64,000 nucleotides of DNA, from NCBI GenBank assembly GCA_965637545.1, contig OZ281500.1, forward strand, positions 744,001-808,000, in the 5' to 3' direction. Both the position numbers and the translations under genes were made by a program. Position 1 is the first letter of the stretch; every line of letters starts with the position of its first letter. Shown one piece after another: positions 1-13,400 of this stretch. Below the pieces are notes generated by a model. That model saw nothing but the letters and a program-made list of their open reading frames with translations. It did no database searches and was not told where the DNA came from. This DNA is from Phallusia mammillata. Lineage: Eukaryota.

Positions 1-2
1 AA

Positions 3-113
3 CTAGTGGACACTTATCAACAGAAAATTTGGTTGAAACATTTTGATGAAAACGGGGATCCACGACCGGATGAAAATCAGAGCCAAGAGGACGTTGATCG
101 CTTGTTCGTTTAA
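3..113 (+). CDS. C-terminal end of an unidentified protein (gene continues left of the window)
   Basis: Open frame from the window edge: LVDTYQQKIWLKHFDENGDPRPDENQSQEDVDRLFV, stop TAA at 111-113; protein-like composition followed by AT-rich UTR-like sequence. No family recognised. Confidence 0.5.
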   Translation, partial: LVDTYQQKIWLKHFDENGDPRPDENQSQEDVDRLFV

Positions 114-1065
114 AATTTGCTTGAATTTGTATTGCACACACATGCACAGTAACAACGAAATGACAGCAACATAACATGGTGAAGTTTTAAATTATCGGCA
201 ACAATCAGGGCATAACAATGTGAACAGATATTTCATGTGCAGCTAAATCAGCACAGATCAGTTTTAGGTAATAATGTGCATAAAGTTTGGAGCCTAGCTT
301 TAAAGCCACATTCCCAGGGAAAACACTTGTTGCAAACTAACTAATTCGGTACTACACAGTTCGAACACTGATAAAAATTGGTTTGTTAATTGTGCACCAT
401 AACAGGACAAAAATAATTGTATTCGTTTTTCATTGAGATGCAGTTTCCGAAGGCGACGTATGGACTTGAAAAAGTAGTTTGATCAAAAACTGCCAAAGAG
501 CTTGTGTACATGAAAAACATCTAGTTGTAGACATAAACAACGAATGTTGTGATCATTAGTGCAAGGTGATGCTAAAACATCTGCATGACAATGTATTTCT
601 CATGCACAAACTTTCTGGCAGATTTGTTTTTAATCAATATAATTAGGGTTGAGGTGGTTTAAAACTGTGAACTGTCAGGTTTGAATAAGGAAGGTTTTCC
701 ACCTGGACAAAAACTCGAATTACAAACATACATCATCGTTTAAGAGAGCATTTAGACCGAACATTAACCTACTATTTTCTCTCTTAGGATAAACTGGCTT
801 AGTGACATTAGGACTAGAGTTCACAGCTTGAAAACGAAGATGAATATGTGGTGTCATGACCAAGATGGCTAAAAACGGATAATGCAGCATTTGTAAGCAA
901 TAAAAACAATTGCTCAATCGGCAAGGTAGACAGGAATTTCTTTTCATGCAAAAAAAAAAATCTTTTCTAGATTAAAGTGCAAAGCTATACATGCATACAA
1001 GCCCTGCATTGCATAAGTAAAAAAGACAAAATTGTAAAAAATACAACACAATAGTACACAGGAGT

Positions 1066-3118
1066 TTAATCAGCTTTCTTCAATTGAGCTATTGCTTCTT
1101 TTCGTAAATATTTGTGCAGCAAATGTGAAACACCGACAGAAAACCATCTTGGTGGAAGCATAATCATGTATCTCTGAAAATTGAATACTTCATTATAACT
1201 TCTACTCAATGGGTCATAATAAAAACAACATTCAACTCAACCTGTATGGTATGTGGAAAATACCCACAGTTGGTTTTGTAGTGTCCGAAAGTTTGCATGG
1301 AGTGCTCAACATAAGTTTCAGGACTCGGGGTAAATAAACTAAACCTTTGTATTGTTGGTGAGTAGGATACCATACCTGTGGCTATGTACATAGGAACTAG
1401 AGACTGTACATGCACACCATGTGGCGCAAGCTCATATGACAAGGAGTTTGAGAAGTGGTCCATAAAGTTCTGCAACGTTTAGTGTTAAATCCATAACGAG
1501 TAAAGGTTTTCTGGTAATTTTACCTTGGTTGCAGAGTACAATGCATTGAGTGGGGAATGCAGCAAACCAGCAGTAGAAGACATGTTTACAATGAGTCCTT
1601 TCCTGCGACGAATCATTCCAGGAATAACTGCATGTGTTAAAGAAACTGTGCTTGCCATGTTTACATCAATCATTGCACGAGTTTGCTTCTGAGTAAGCTG
1701 TATCCAAAAAAAACAGGTTAGATCATAAAAAATTTTAACAGCAGAAAAAGGCTTTAATTTACCTCATGAAAACTTGTTGGACCATGATGTACGCCAACAT
1801 TATTTATCAAAATACCAATTTCCAGCTGATCTAGATGTTCTTGTGTTGTCTTAAAACTTTCCAAGTTGAAGTTGGAGAAATCTTGTTGAACTACCAATGT
1901 GTGGACACCGTATAAGTTTTCAATAAACCTGTGAACCAGAAAAGGAAATCATCATAATGTTTTGTTGAAACAACAAACATCCTAGTCATGGGGCGATACC
2001 AGGTTTTTAAGCGAGTACCAATACCGAGTACTCCTACTTAGTTGTATATCACTGGTTAATTTATCTGCCATGGACAGGGTACAGGTGCGCACACACACAT
2101 GCCGAAAAATGTATTCTCCATGTGATAGCGAAAAAGATATACGTAAACTGGCGTAACGTCATTCCAATTTTGTGCTGTCCGAAACAAATATTGGGTACTC
2201 GTTTCATCACTAAAACATCCATCAACTAACCTTGCTTCTTTTTCAAGGTCATCAATATTTCGCGACATTAAGATAATATTCAATCCCTTGGATGCAAGTT
2301 TGTGGACAAATGCTTTTCCTATTCCTTTAGTGCAACCTGGTAAAATTAAACAACAGTGTCAGTTTAAATTGGAAGTTGTTAAAAGGTGCTCAATTTTTAT
2401 CTAAGTATTATCCGGATTGCAGATGAGCAAGTATTTTGATTTAAATCCAAACACAAAACATTGAAATTGCCAGTTATATATTGCCAAAGCACTAAAGGGT
2501 AAAAAAACAGTCATGTCTGAAACTGTGGGCCCACTTCGATCACTTGGCCTGCTTAGCCTAGCACTTAGCCCGCCTCATGCAATTAAAAAAATGCGGGCAT
2601 GGTTCTCGCAAGTATAAAAACTGCGGGCCCACTATATCCAGTGCTTGTCGCGTCTCTCCTAGGGAAAATCTGCAGGCCCACTATATCTAATGCTTGTCCC
2701 ATCTCTCGCAAGTATATAAACTGTGGGCCCGCAGTTTTTTCTATTGCATGAGGCGGGCCAAGTGGCTCCGCAGTTTTAGATGTGACCCTAAAAAAAACTT
2801 CATATCTTTTGTGTTGATCAGGACAAATATTTAAATGATGATTTGTTGCATTTTTTTGTCAGATACAGTTGCAAAGCAATTTTCAGACCAACCTGTGACA
2901 ATTGCCCATCTTCCATATTCTCGCACAAAGTTTCTTCGCTTCATTGCACGACCACAACATTTCAGACAATCCACAGCAAATGCACCAAATCGCACCGTGA
3001 TTCGAAAAGTGTACCATGCTCCAACCAATATCAACACATTCGTTATATTTGCTTCAATAGTTTTGACATCAGCAGATATTTGTTCCAATAACATTTCAAC
3101 GGAGTCCACCAACGCCAT
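1066..3118 (-). CDS. HSDL1: Hydroxysteroid dehydrogenase-like 1 (SDR, HSD17B12/HSD17B3/HSDL1 clade), 6 exons, 335 aa
   Basis: GT-AG exons 3118-2893, 2336-2231, 1928-1763, 1697-1524, 1469-1242, 1173-1066 join in frame (1008 nt). Motifs: TGCTKGIG, NNVG, NMSS, YSATK. N-terminus MALVDS...LVGAWYT...YGRWAIV and QSLVPMYIAT match human HSDL1 as I recall it (MAAVDS...LVGAWYT...YGRWAVV) better than HSD17B12. Confidence 0.88.
2508..2790. mobile_element. Palindromic MITE-like element in HSDL1 intron 1
   Basis: Left end cagtcatgtctgaaactgtgggcccactt is the imperfect reverse complement of the right end; inner arms gcccgcctcatgcaat / attgcatgaggcgggc; internal direct repeats (ggcccactatatc..tgcttgtc). No TSD resolved. 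Confidence 0.65.
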
Positions 3119-3773
3119 GGTGTCTAGAAATAAATGCTTTTCGTCTGCAATTTTAATGCATGATCAGTTGATCACCACAACCACCATCACAATTTTCCTA
3201 ACGTTTCTAACTGAAACTACCAACATTTCTTGCTGAAATTTTGCTAAACTAAAAATCACATTAACTTGGGAATTTTGCAAACCATTTGGAAGTTGGATCA
3301 GTGGCTGATCGGATAAGATCGGAAAATTTCGGAACCGCGCATTTGAGAACAAGATGAGCAGCAGCTTAAATTTACGCTTACTCAGAATTGAAAAATTTAA
3401 AACATTTAAGAGCGCAGATAACTTGTGAACCAAGTAAAAACACTTTAAATAATTATCAAAATAAAAATGTACAAAATAAAGTGTTTCTATTGTACAACGT
3501 TGCACGGATTAATTACAGCAATTAATTGTTTTTAGTTTCGTAAAAATACGTTTATCTTACCATTATTTTAATTGCAATTATAATTACTGATCTAACAACA
3601 GCTGTGTCAAAGATAAACAAAACGTAGTGTTCAACACCATACGAACGTTATTAGTTATATGCGTGCTTCTAAAGAGTTCCTTTACCTGAAAAGAAATAAT
3701 TAGTATGATGGGTTTCACCTAATTACTTTCGGTTGTTATTTGTAGCAGACAACACATTTTGTAACCTGCCAAT
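3119..3773. promoter_or_regulatory. Putative bidirectional promoter between HSDL1 and the REDIC1-like gene
   Basis: Only 655 bp separate the divergent start codons at 3118 (-) and 3774 (+). Positional inference only. Confidence 0.5.
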
Positions 3774-6758
3774 ATGAACTGGATGGGAAATGCCAGGTTA
3801 GTTTCAATGCAATATGTTTATCGTTGTCATATTTTAACATAAAGTTTTGTTATTGTTTTTCTTTCCAAAGAGATGAAAGTCGTTCCACTAACAAAGAGAA
3901 GATGCTACAGAAGGTGACTTGTGCATTTTCTTGAATTCTTGTTTGTATTTTTTGACCTTTATGACTTCTCTTTCAATGACTATGGCAGGTTATATAATTT
4001 GTCTCAATCTCGAGACAGATATTCATTATTCTCAAACGAAATGTGCTGTATACCATAATTGTGATAATTTGATGTGATTGAACACTCACGCAAGTTATCC
4101 ATACGTCATGTTAAGTGATATTGACACAACGTCCATTGTGCTGTAGTTTCAACAATTATAAGAGTTTGTCTGTAAAAGAATTGGCCAGAAACAGAAGAGC
4201 CGACACAGCAAGGAACTTCTGTGAAACAGAGGTATTTTGATTTATGTTTCAACATTTTTTAAACATTTTTTAGGCATTTTTTGAAAGAAAAGATCAGATG
4301 AAAAACAACAAAAAAGTCACCAAGAAAAAGTCAAGAAAGCGCCCCAAAACGCGTGACATCACACAGGACATGTTGAATCTATCGCAAGTTTCTCGAACTA
4401 TTCGCAGTTCATTCGGTAAGTACTCGCTTGTTTCACAAACACAAACCACCTTATAATATATAAATTTGAATTTGCAGCTGATGACATTGAAAAAGAACGC
4501 TCATCTCAAGGTAATATTAAGTGAAGCTTTTAAGTGGTTGATTTAAATCTAATTTGATTTCTAGATGAAGAGTCCCACCAACCACAGGCAAAACAGAGAA
4601 AATCAAACTTAGCTGATTCTGGCATTTTGAAACCATCGGTACCGGACTTAAGCAAGTTAGTTGGATAGCGCAGTAAAATGTTTACATATCCATTGTATTA
4701 TTTCCATGTTTTTATGTATTAAGTTGGACACATTTTTGTGCTTTATTGGCAAAATAATCGAAAAATGGCGACGAAAACGTCACCTGGAATGTTGCGTTTC
4801 GTGTATTTAAACTCAATAGCTGCTTGCAACTTTCTTATGCACAGTAAAACCTTGTGTTAAAAGTGTATCATCATTCAGCATGCCTTGAAAAAGCTTGACT
4901 TATACACTCAAATCTATGTTGTTGAATCTCTCCACAGCTTGGAATCTCTGCTTGGTTCTACTTCCACGCTGTTGGACGCAATGCACGATCCTTACAGCCG
5001 CCCATCATATCATTCCACACCTGTTGTACATAAAAGCGAATGGATAGACGACCACTTGATGCCTTTTAACGTTGCCAAGGTGCTTTAACATTATTAGCTT
5101 ATTAATATTCACGCGATTCTCTAACACTTGTTTCTCACAGGAGAGACCAGCGACATATCCAGTATCTTCACCATTCCGTTTAGAACGTAAGTAGAACCAC
5201 GAAAAGTGTCATCGTTTTACTTTTTGGTTTTCAAACTTGGTTGTTTTTGCATTTGGTCGATTTTACCGGGCAAGGGTAATGCTCGTTGCGGCTTGTTTGG
5301 TAAAAATGTTTTTTTTTTTTTTTTTAAAATGCATTTCTGTGTTCTTTTAAGGTTCTCCAGCAGTCAGTTTTCAAGTTGCACAACATTCACACATTTCGCC
5401 TATTCCTGTTCGGATTTCTAAACGGTAAAATAACTACCTGTTTCCATTTGCCCGCCTCTTAGCTTCAATAAACACAACATTCTATGCAGACAGTCCCAAG
5501 CTTTTGTTTCAAGCAAGCAAAAATCATCTGATGATTATCTTATCTTCACACCGTCACATGTAAGAATCCTTTTTATTATGACTCCGTTTTAAGGAAATAA
5601 TAACTTATTAAGTTTCTCATTTGTAGGAAAATCCGGGTTGTTTCGACCAATACACATTGAACAACAACTTGCATCTTCCACAATACGAAGCTCTTAGCGA
5701 ACGTCACCAATCCACCGAAGCAGAAAACTTCACAGTATCACGTGATTATGTTTTTTCTGATCCGGACATCCCTAAGTTGGCGAGTGGAATAAATCAACAT
5801 GAGCTTCCGGTAAGAAGGACATCGTATTTGTTGCACTATTTAGTCTTTCCGCTTTTCATTGTATTTTTGTCATCTCCATGTACAGTAGGATTGTAGTTTG
5901 TGTGCTTAATTCTACATTGGTTTATTAGAAAAATGTGGCACTTCACAAGTCAAAACTTTCGGCAAACCAACTATTTATTTTTAGGAGGTTCGCAACTCAT
6001 CATGGGATTCATTTAGGGAATATGAAAGCGCGTCACCCAAAATGACGTACTCGTCGCGCATGGATGATTCCGTGCTCGATCGCAACTTTGACAACTGTCT
6101 GGAGCTGACCTACCTTAACCGTAAGTATCCCATGGACTTCATATTCTAGCAAGTCACTACATATGACCCTGTGTAAATGTAGGTTGCCAGTTTTTTTTGT
6201 GAGTGTTTTGCCGGCTAACACGAGGTGGCGGTATAGAGCACTTATTTTGGCTCAGTGCTGGTGGTGACGGACATAACCTGCTACACATCGTGTACTAATG
6301 AGGAAATTTAACCTTAAGTTACGTAACAAGAATTACCCAACACTTTTCCTACAACCGCTATTTGTCTTCCAAATGCACTTTTTGTAAATAATAATTAACC
6401 ACGGAAACAATCCGGTTGTTAAGTGATGTCAAGCATGGAATTTGTTGGAAATGTTTTGTGCAAGTTTAAGAACTTACTTTTAAGCGACTTTCGAGGATAA
6501 AGCTCAACATAACCCAAATATCAGAAACTTGTAATAACAGTGAACTGTGAAAGCGGAAGAGACCTGGATGTTTCGGTGAGCAATGATTTCACTGAAGACG
6601 TGACACCAGATCACTGCGCCCCTGATGTTCAACGTCCGATGTTCGAGGGAAAAACTTGGGTGGATGCAGCTACGAGTCCCTACAGGTTTGGCACCAACAC
6701 GATTTCAACCCAAACATTTTGGCAAGATGAGACGCTTGTCAAGGAGACAGTGTTATGA
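3774..6758 (+). CDS. REDIC1: REDIC1/C12orf40-like protein (DUF4552-type N-terminus), 12 exons, about 408 aa
   Basis: GT-AG exons 3774-3796, 3871-3913, 4274-4415, 4478-4510, 4565-4655, 4938-5079, 5141-5186, 5352-5424, 5463-5559, 5627-5809, 5985-6120, 6541-6758 are phase-compatible (1227 nt). N-terminus MNWMGNAR...KMLQKAFFERK...TQDMLNL resembles human C12orf40 MNWVGGSR...RKQKEYFEKH...SLDILNL (from memory); the rest is low-complexity. Confidence 0.68.
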
Positions 6759-7407
6759 AACTGCTCGGATATGAAGCGCATGTTTCAGTTTAACTTTCTT
6801 TTTATGTTAGTCACTCTTTATGTATTTTGCTCGTTTAAATTTGAAGCATTGCCAGTGTTTTCATCCGCTAGTATCAACCTTGAACGAATAAGTTGGTCAA
6901 TTACTTCTTTCTTTCGCTGTTTTGCTTTATTCTTACATTTCGTTGCTATTTAATTCAAACAGTATATCGACCATATATAATGAATTTTGTTTTTGTGTGT
7001 AGTTTGACTGGGCCACAATCCCAACCAAACTGTCACTCCTATTCAGTAAATGTGGTAAAATAATACCAAGGTTTTTCTTTCTACAAACCTATGTTTTATT
7101 TCACGAATTCTAACTTAACAACCACGAAACCAAAACGCACCAAATTCCAGCAAAAAGTTTCCACATGCAGTTGATTTGATGAGTTGTTGTAGCTCTACTC
7201 TTGGACAAATAGTTCATAATGGACCATACTGAGTTTATCATTATGAAAGGTTGTTCTCTGGATCATTAAGCAACTGCTACCAAACCCGGGTATGACAAAT
7301 TACATAAAATATTTCCTGTGGAGATAAACATTGGTTAGCTGAAGTTTCCCGAAGCAGAAGACATTTTCCACTTTAATCATTTTCCCGGAGAAATTCGGCG
7401 CTACTAT

Positions 7408-10400
7408 TTACACTGGCGTCTCTGTTGTCACGGCGACGTCGGTATTTTCCTCATTCTTCTGCTTATCAAGAAGCGACGCCATCCAAACTTCATCAGTCTC
7501 ATCCAGAAGAGACTCGTTATCGATGCTGTTGAGTCCGGAATCGTAGCTCATCTTCATTTTGCGATCCTCATCTTTAAGATACTCATCCAGGGAGTCCTCT
7601 TTGTCTCCGGATGTCGGAGCTCCTTCCTTCTCGTCTTCCAGATTCTTCACAATTTGATCAGCTAACATGAGATCCAGTTTCAGCTAAAAAAAGTCACGTG
7701 AAAAATCATATGCCAACAAAACGGAAAGGCAATATCGTGAAACATTGAAAGGTGCTTGTAATATTCCGAGAAAGGAAACAAGTTTAAGCATGTAGAGCGA
7801 ATCCTCAACGTGAAGTATGGTAGTGGTAGAAAAGCAAATAACCTTTACAGCAGGGGTCGGCAACCTTTTTTGTACTGCGGACCGTTTTTGAAACTGAAAT
7901 TTTTTTGTGGAACGGCCTTCAAACAACTACAAATAATTAGCAATGAAATGCTTAAAATATTCTATCAATCCGGGATACATGGGCAAAATGTTTTAAGCAT
8001 TTAACCTACAAAGTACGGCCCGGTAACGAACTTCTCGCGGACCGGCACTGGCCGACAACTGCCTTACAGGTCCCAGTTGTTACCAATTCATTTGCGCCAG
8101 TTTATACTTTTGAGTTGAAATCGAGTCCGAAATTGGGTTCCAAATCCGAAAGTACAAGCCCGAAACCCGAACCGGAAATTTTGTTAAAAGGGCGAAAGTT
8201 CCACGACACAAACATGGCCTATAGTTAGAAAATCAAGCCCGAACCCGACCCGACTTACAAACATAGTCTTCGCCTACCTGTGCCTCCTTGGGCAGTGTGA
8301 TGTGTGAGAGCGTGCTCGAAATAATCCTGTCATTTTTCACCGGCATTCCGGGCAGTGGCAAGTTTTTGTCTTTCAACGAGGGGTTTCCCCTGGATTTCGG
8401 GGTGTTGGCAGTCGATGACGTAGCGGTGCTTGCGTCATACTCTACAGTGGCTGCGTATTTATCTTCCTCTTCTTTAATTGTGCTCGGAAGACGAGATGTG
8501 AAAATCTGAAAGATCCGCTGGTTAAAGGAGAAGATTATTGCCGATTGTGTTTGGACAAGTTCCCTAATTACACTGAGGACCACTGTAAGCAACATTAGAT
8601 GTACACACTGTAGCCACACACCAGTTTATACGCAGTACAGATTTTCATTGTGTCTGGAGATACACACAAGCTCACTGCGGACCACTGTAAGCAACATTAG
8701 ATGTACACGCTGTGGCCACACACCAGTTTATGCTCAGCATAGATTTCATGTGTCTGGAGATACACACAAGCTCCCTGAGTACACCGAGGACCACTGTGAG
8801 TAACATTAGATGTGTACGCTGTTACCACACACCAGTGTAAGTATGTGCTTAGAATGTGAGAGCAATACGCGAGCGTTTAAATACAAAATATTGATCATTA
8901 TGATGTACCTTCGGAAAGAGATTAGTGATTTTACGAAGTCGCTTCATTTTTACTCGTTCCACGTCACTTCCGTCGCTCGACGTTTGATCAGAACTGTTGA
9001 AAGACGATGACGTAGGCATCTCGAAACTGATGCTGTTCCGGAAGCGACGCAAACCGTTTGCCACGTTCAACCCGAAAGCTCCTGATTGCTGATCTTGCTT
9101 GGTAAAGTGTTTGGACGTCGACGAACCGAACCATTTGTGACGTCGGGCATCTTCACGAACCTGCCGGAAATGCATTAGTCAAAAACCTTGAAAAGTGGAA
9201 ATTAAGAATAAACGTCACCTCTGAGTTGCAGAGGCAATGGAAGACAAAGAGGAAAAATCCCTGCAGGGAGTTTGTGATGGCGAAGAGATACTGGAAGACG
9301 AGAGTGTTCTCGCTAAGACACAAGAAGCCGAAAAGCCACGTTGTTCCGAGCAGTGGGAAGAGAAAGATGCTCCCCTTTACTGCGTTCCTGCATGGACAAA
9401 CGATTTCAAGCATTATGATGGAATTAGTTATTGCCGAAACATGACGATTTGAGCCAGCAGCTCCAGCCATTCCTCCGTAACAGGGTGCACAATAACAATC
9501 TCAAGGGTGAGTAGAGGTTTAATTACGTAAAAATGTAATGGTAATAGTTAATTTGTTTATAAGAGTTACAGTGCATGCTATCTATGATTATATTTGCACA
9601 ACATTATGTTTGTGTTGTCTTAAAATCTTCCGTCTAGCCTAAACTGTTTATGTCAGGTCGGTAACAGAGAGAAAAATATTTCAAGTATAAACGGAATCCT
9701 GGAATCTGTTTTGAGGGGCGTATAAAAGTAAAATTTATTAAAGAACAACGCAATCAACTTCCATCTTTAAAAAAAAACGCTATGTGGTGCCAGAGAGCCA
9801 ATAGATGGTTAGAATTAAGCGACAACAAATACCTGGTCTTTGCCAGTTTCATATGATTCGACTTCTCGGGTTGTATGTTGAGAATTACTCGCACCACAGT
9901 TATGAGAATCACTGTGTTGATGATAAGAACGAGTAAGGCTGGAGCAGAGAAGGCCCAGATTGAATTATCAGCTGGTGACAACCAACAACTGCAAATAATA
10001 AATCGATGAAATGTGTCTGTATTAGGACTACACGGACCAAATCATCGTTTTATCACTAATACACACAATCATACAAAAAGGTTTACGCAAGTTTCCTGAC
10101 TTGAAAAGTCAATACTTTTTTATTCTAGAACAGGGTTTGTTAACCGTTTTTACTCCCTGTTTTTTATTTAATGCAAAATCCAGTTCGTTTTAAGTTTTTA
10201 GATATAGGCCTACTAGGAAAAAACGAAGCACTAAATATGGTTGCTCCCATTCAAAGCAAAATTCAAGTGTTCCGAGTTTTATTACAGGTTAATTGGGATT
10301 GATATTTAAATCAATTAGACAGAATTTCCCAATTAAACCATCTTTCATACTATGAGCTTATTTTTAGGGGTGCTCTGTATCTCATGAGCACTTGACAAGT

Positions 10401-13400
10401 GGCGCTAACAGTCTCGAACATCGACAAAACTCAAATAAACAACAACGTTGTCTTACATTCCGTTCGATCCGAGCTTCACGTTGAGGATTCCCATTGAAAT
10501 TGCCATAATAAGCAGCGGCGCTCCCCATCCAGCGAATATGTAATACTTCACCCAACGTCGAGCGGACACGAACACAACGACCACTTGCGAGTAAAGATGA
10601 ATGCCTGTGTGAGAGGGATAGTTGAGTTAAGTTGTGTTCAAGTGTTAGGGATGGAAGGAGACATTGTACGCCGTCGATCATTGCCACGATTTGCAAAACG
10701 ACCGCATATGTCTATTGGCTTGATGATTTTACATTGATACTGAAGTGACATCACTTTGTTTCCCAAGCAGTTGGTTGGCCATTTTGAACCATTTTTCTCT
10801 GTGGTTTATGCCCAGTTGTGGCATCGAACAGAATAGGTGAGACATGACTTTTTACCCTGTTACTCTCAACAAACTGGAGTGCTGTTAGATGGCCACACTA
10901 GCCAATACGGCCTATGTCTTGTCACCAGCTGCACTGATGAGGCCTTAAAGGTCGAAACAGTGTGCACTGTCTGCGGCTGCTATGTGTTGCATGAAAATGT
11001 ACGGAAATATGGCCCTTGACGTTTGTAGGGTAATTTGTTATTTTGATAACCATTGAATATATTTCGAAACTTGATCTTCTAATATAAGTCTATATTATAA
11101 AGGACGGTAATGATTTTGCCCCATGGACAATTGCATGTTATACCGGAATGACAAATAAACTTTGTTGCTTTTAATGCATTATTTCTTGAGAAAAATAGAG
11201 ATCGGGGTTACTGTTTGTTTCAACATGGGTTCGGTTTTAAAGTACACTTGTGTTTACTCAGTACGTCAGGCCCATTGGAAGCGATATACCGAATCAAGCC
11301 GGTTTCACAAGCATTTCCATATGGTACGGCATAAACTAGAAAATCTAGCCTGCGGCGGGATTCGAACCCTCACGAATGTTTTCATACTAACGTATGTTTA
11401 CTAGTATTCATATTTTAAATAAAAAACATCATGTTGGCCACAGTCATAACTAAATTGTTGCAAAATAATCAACCTTAGGGCATCGGTCTACCGCGAAATG
11501 TGCTTTTAAGTGACAAATCTAAACGAAAACTTGTTACCTAGGTTCTCTTTAGTGTTTGGCAAGTGATTTGGCGTTTCGAGCGAACAGATTTAAAACGTTT
11601 AAAAACGCTCATAATCAATTAACCGTTTGAAACCGACTTGCGTGCGAACAAGCCAGAATTTGCCAGACATTTTTGCACGCCAGATCCAAATCAGTTGATT
11701 ACGTAATTACACAGTGGCGAGTTGATGTGAAAATTTCGCACGCGATTCTCCGCCAATCCTTCATGAACTTTCCCATACGTCATCACCCGGCAATCCCGCT
11801 CCCCACCTTCTATAAGCATCCACGCCAACACCGACATGTTGAAGTAATAGAGGAATACTGTGACGATGACGCAGGTGGTTGTGGATGACTCAGCAATTTC
11901 TTCAAAGAGAAACACGAGGTCTGCCAAACCTACCGCCACACCGAGATTAAAGTGAATCTTCATGTTTTCTGTGTGAAATCTACAGGGAAAGTTCGTAGGT
12001 TAACCAATGCAACTGACAAAGTTTGATCTTGGTCGTAAAAATATCTCAATACTGAGAAAAACAAAACGTAATGGTTTCCAAAAAGCAACACAAAATTCAC
12101 GTTTTGTGTGTTTTCCCAACGGAAACAACTAGCTGTGACGGACAATATATAGGTTACTTTTGATTTTTCTACAACACATAATTATTTTAAAGATTTTGTC
12201 GGAATTTTTCAAATTCACCACCCTCTTTTGTAAACACATTTTGCCACGATCAACCCAATAAGAATGTTGATTGATGGAAACACTTGTATGTAAGGTTGCG
12301 TTGACCTTATAGCACGACCTATGATAGAGCCACCAAAACTGTCAGGTGACTTAAACCCTGGTAAGTCTGTTTACACGTCGATGGAATATTCAGCATCTTG
12401 CTGATGTTGTAACGCTCGAAGCCTTATCGCATCAGTAACATGATGTTTGGAATGCCACACACATTACTTACTTGAGTTTGATGAAAGCCGCACACATGAA
12501 GAGAACGCCGATAAACGACAACGCGCAGCCGATCTTTGATATTATGCTGAGCGCTTTCTGGTGGCCGAGCACAGTTGCGTCGTCCATGTTGTAATCGACG
12601 ATCTAATCACAAACATGTTTCAATGAATGCCCTGCTGACATAGAACGCTTTTTCAGCAACTTATTCGACGACCGAGTGCCATGACACAGAGTTCGTAATG
12701 ATGAATAGACATTAGGGCTGTAGATGCGCTGCTATTTATTTGTAGGTTGGGTACTGAGTTTTAGGCTAAAGGGGAATTAGGTTAATAGTCTTTTGTTCTC
12801 GAGTTCGATTCCTAGCTCAAACCTTTACAGTTTACGGGTGGATTGTAAACTTGAATGGCATAAGGGCTGTGGATGCGATGTTTTATTTTATTTGTAAGTC
12901 GGGTATTGAGGTTAAGTTTAAGGATGTCGCAGTCTTTCGCTCACGAGTTTGACTTCTACATTTTTCAATTGTAAACTCCTTCGACAAGCTCCATAAAGAT
13001 CGTATTGTTAGCAGTCGGAATAAATAGTGTTATAGGATGAGTTTACCTGTATAAGCACGGCAAAGCTTGTGAGATGTGAACAGTTGCAGACAGTGTGTGT
13101 TGCATTGGATGAGAGCACGGAACAGCCTCTGGTTGACCAAGAACCTGCGTCACCTCCACTACAAGCGAACAAAACATACACGAGTGGTTAGTTGAAGGTT
13201 TGTCCCGTTTGCTGTGGTCGCTACCAGCAGCGTTGTGGCTCGCGTAGTAAGTGGATGTATTTACTGTGAGCGGGTGTGGCAGCTGAGTCTTACAACAGCG
13301 ATCTGGCTTGTATTTGTCGAACACGGGCTTGACAGATCGCGTAAACAGACTTCTTGGCACGCAAGGAGGATGCCTCTACAGCTCGCAGTGCGAATGTAAA

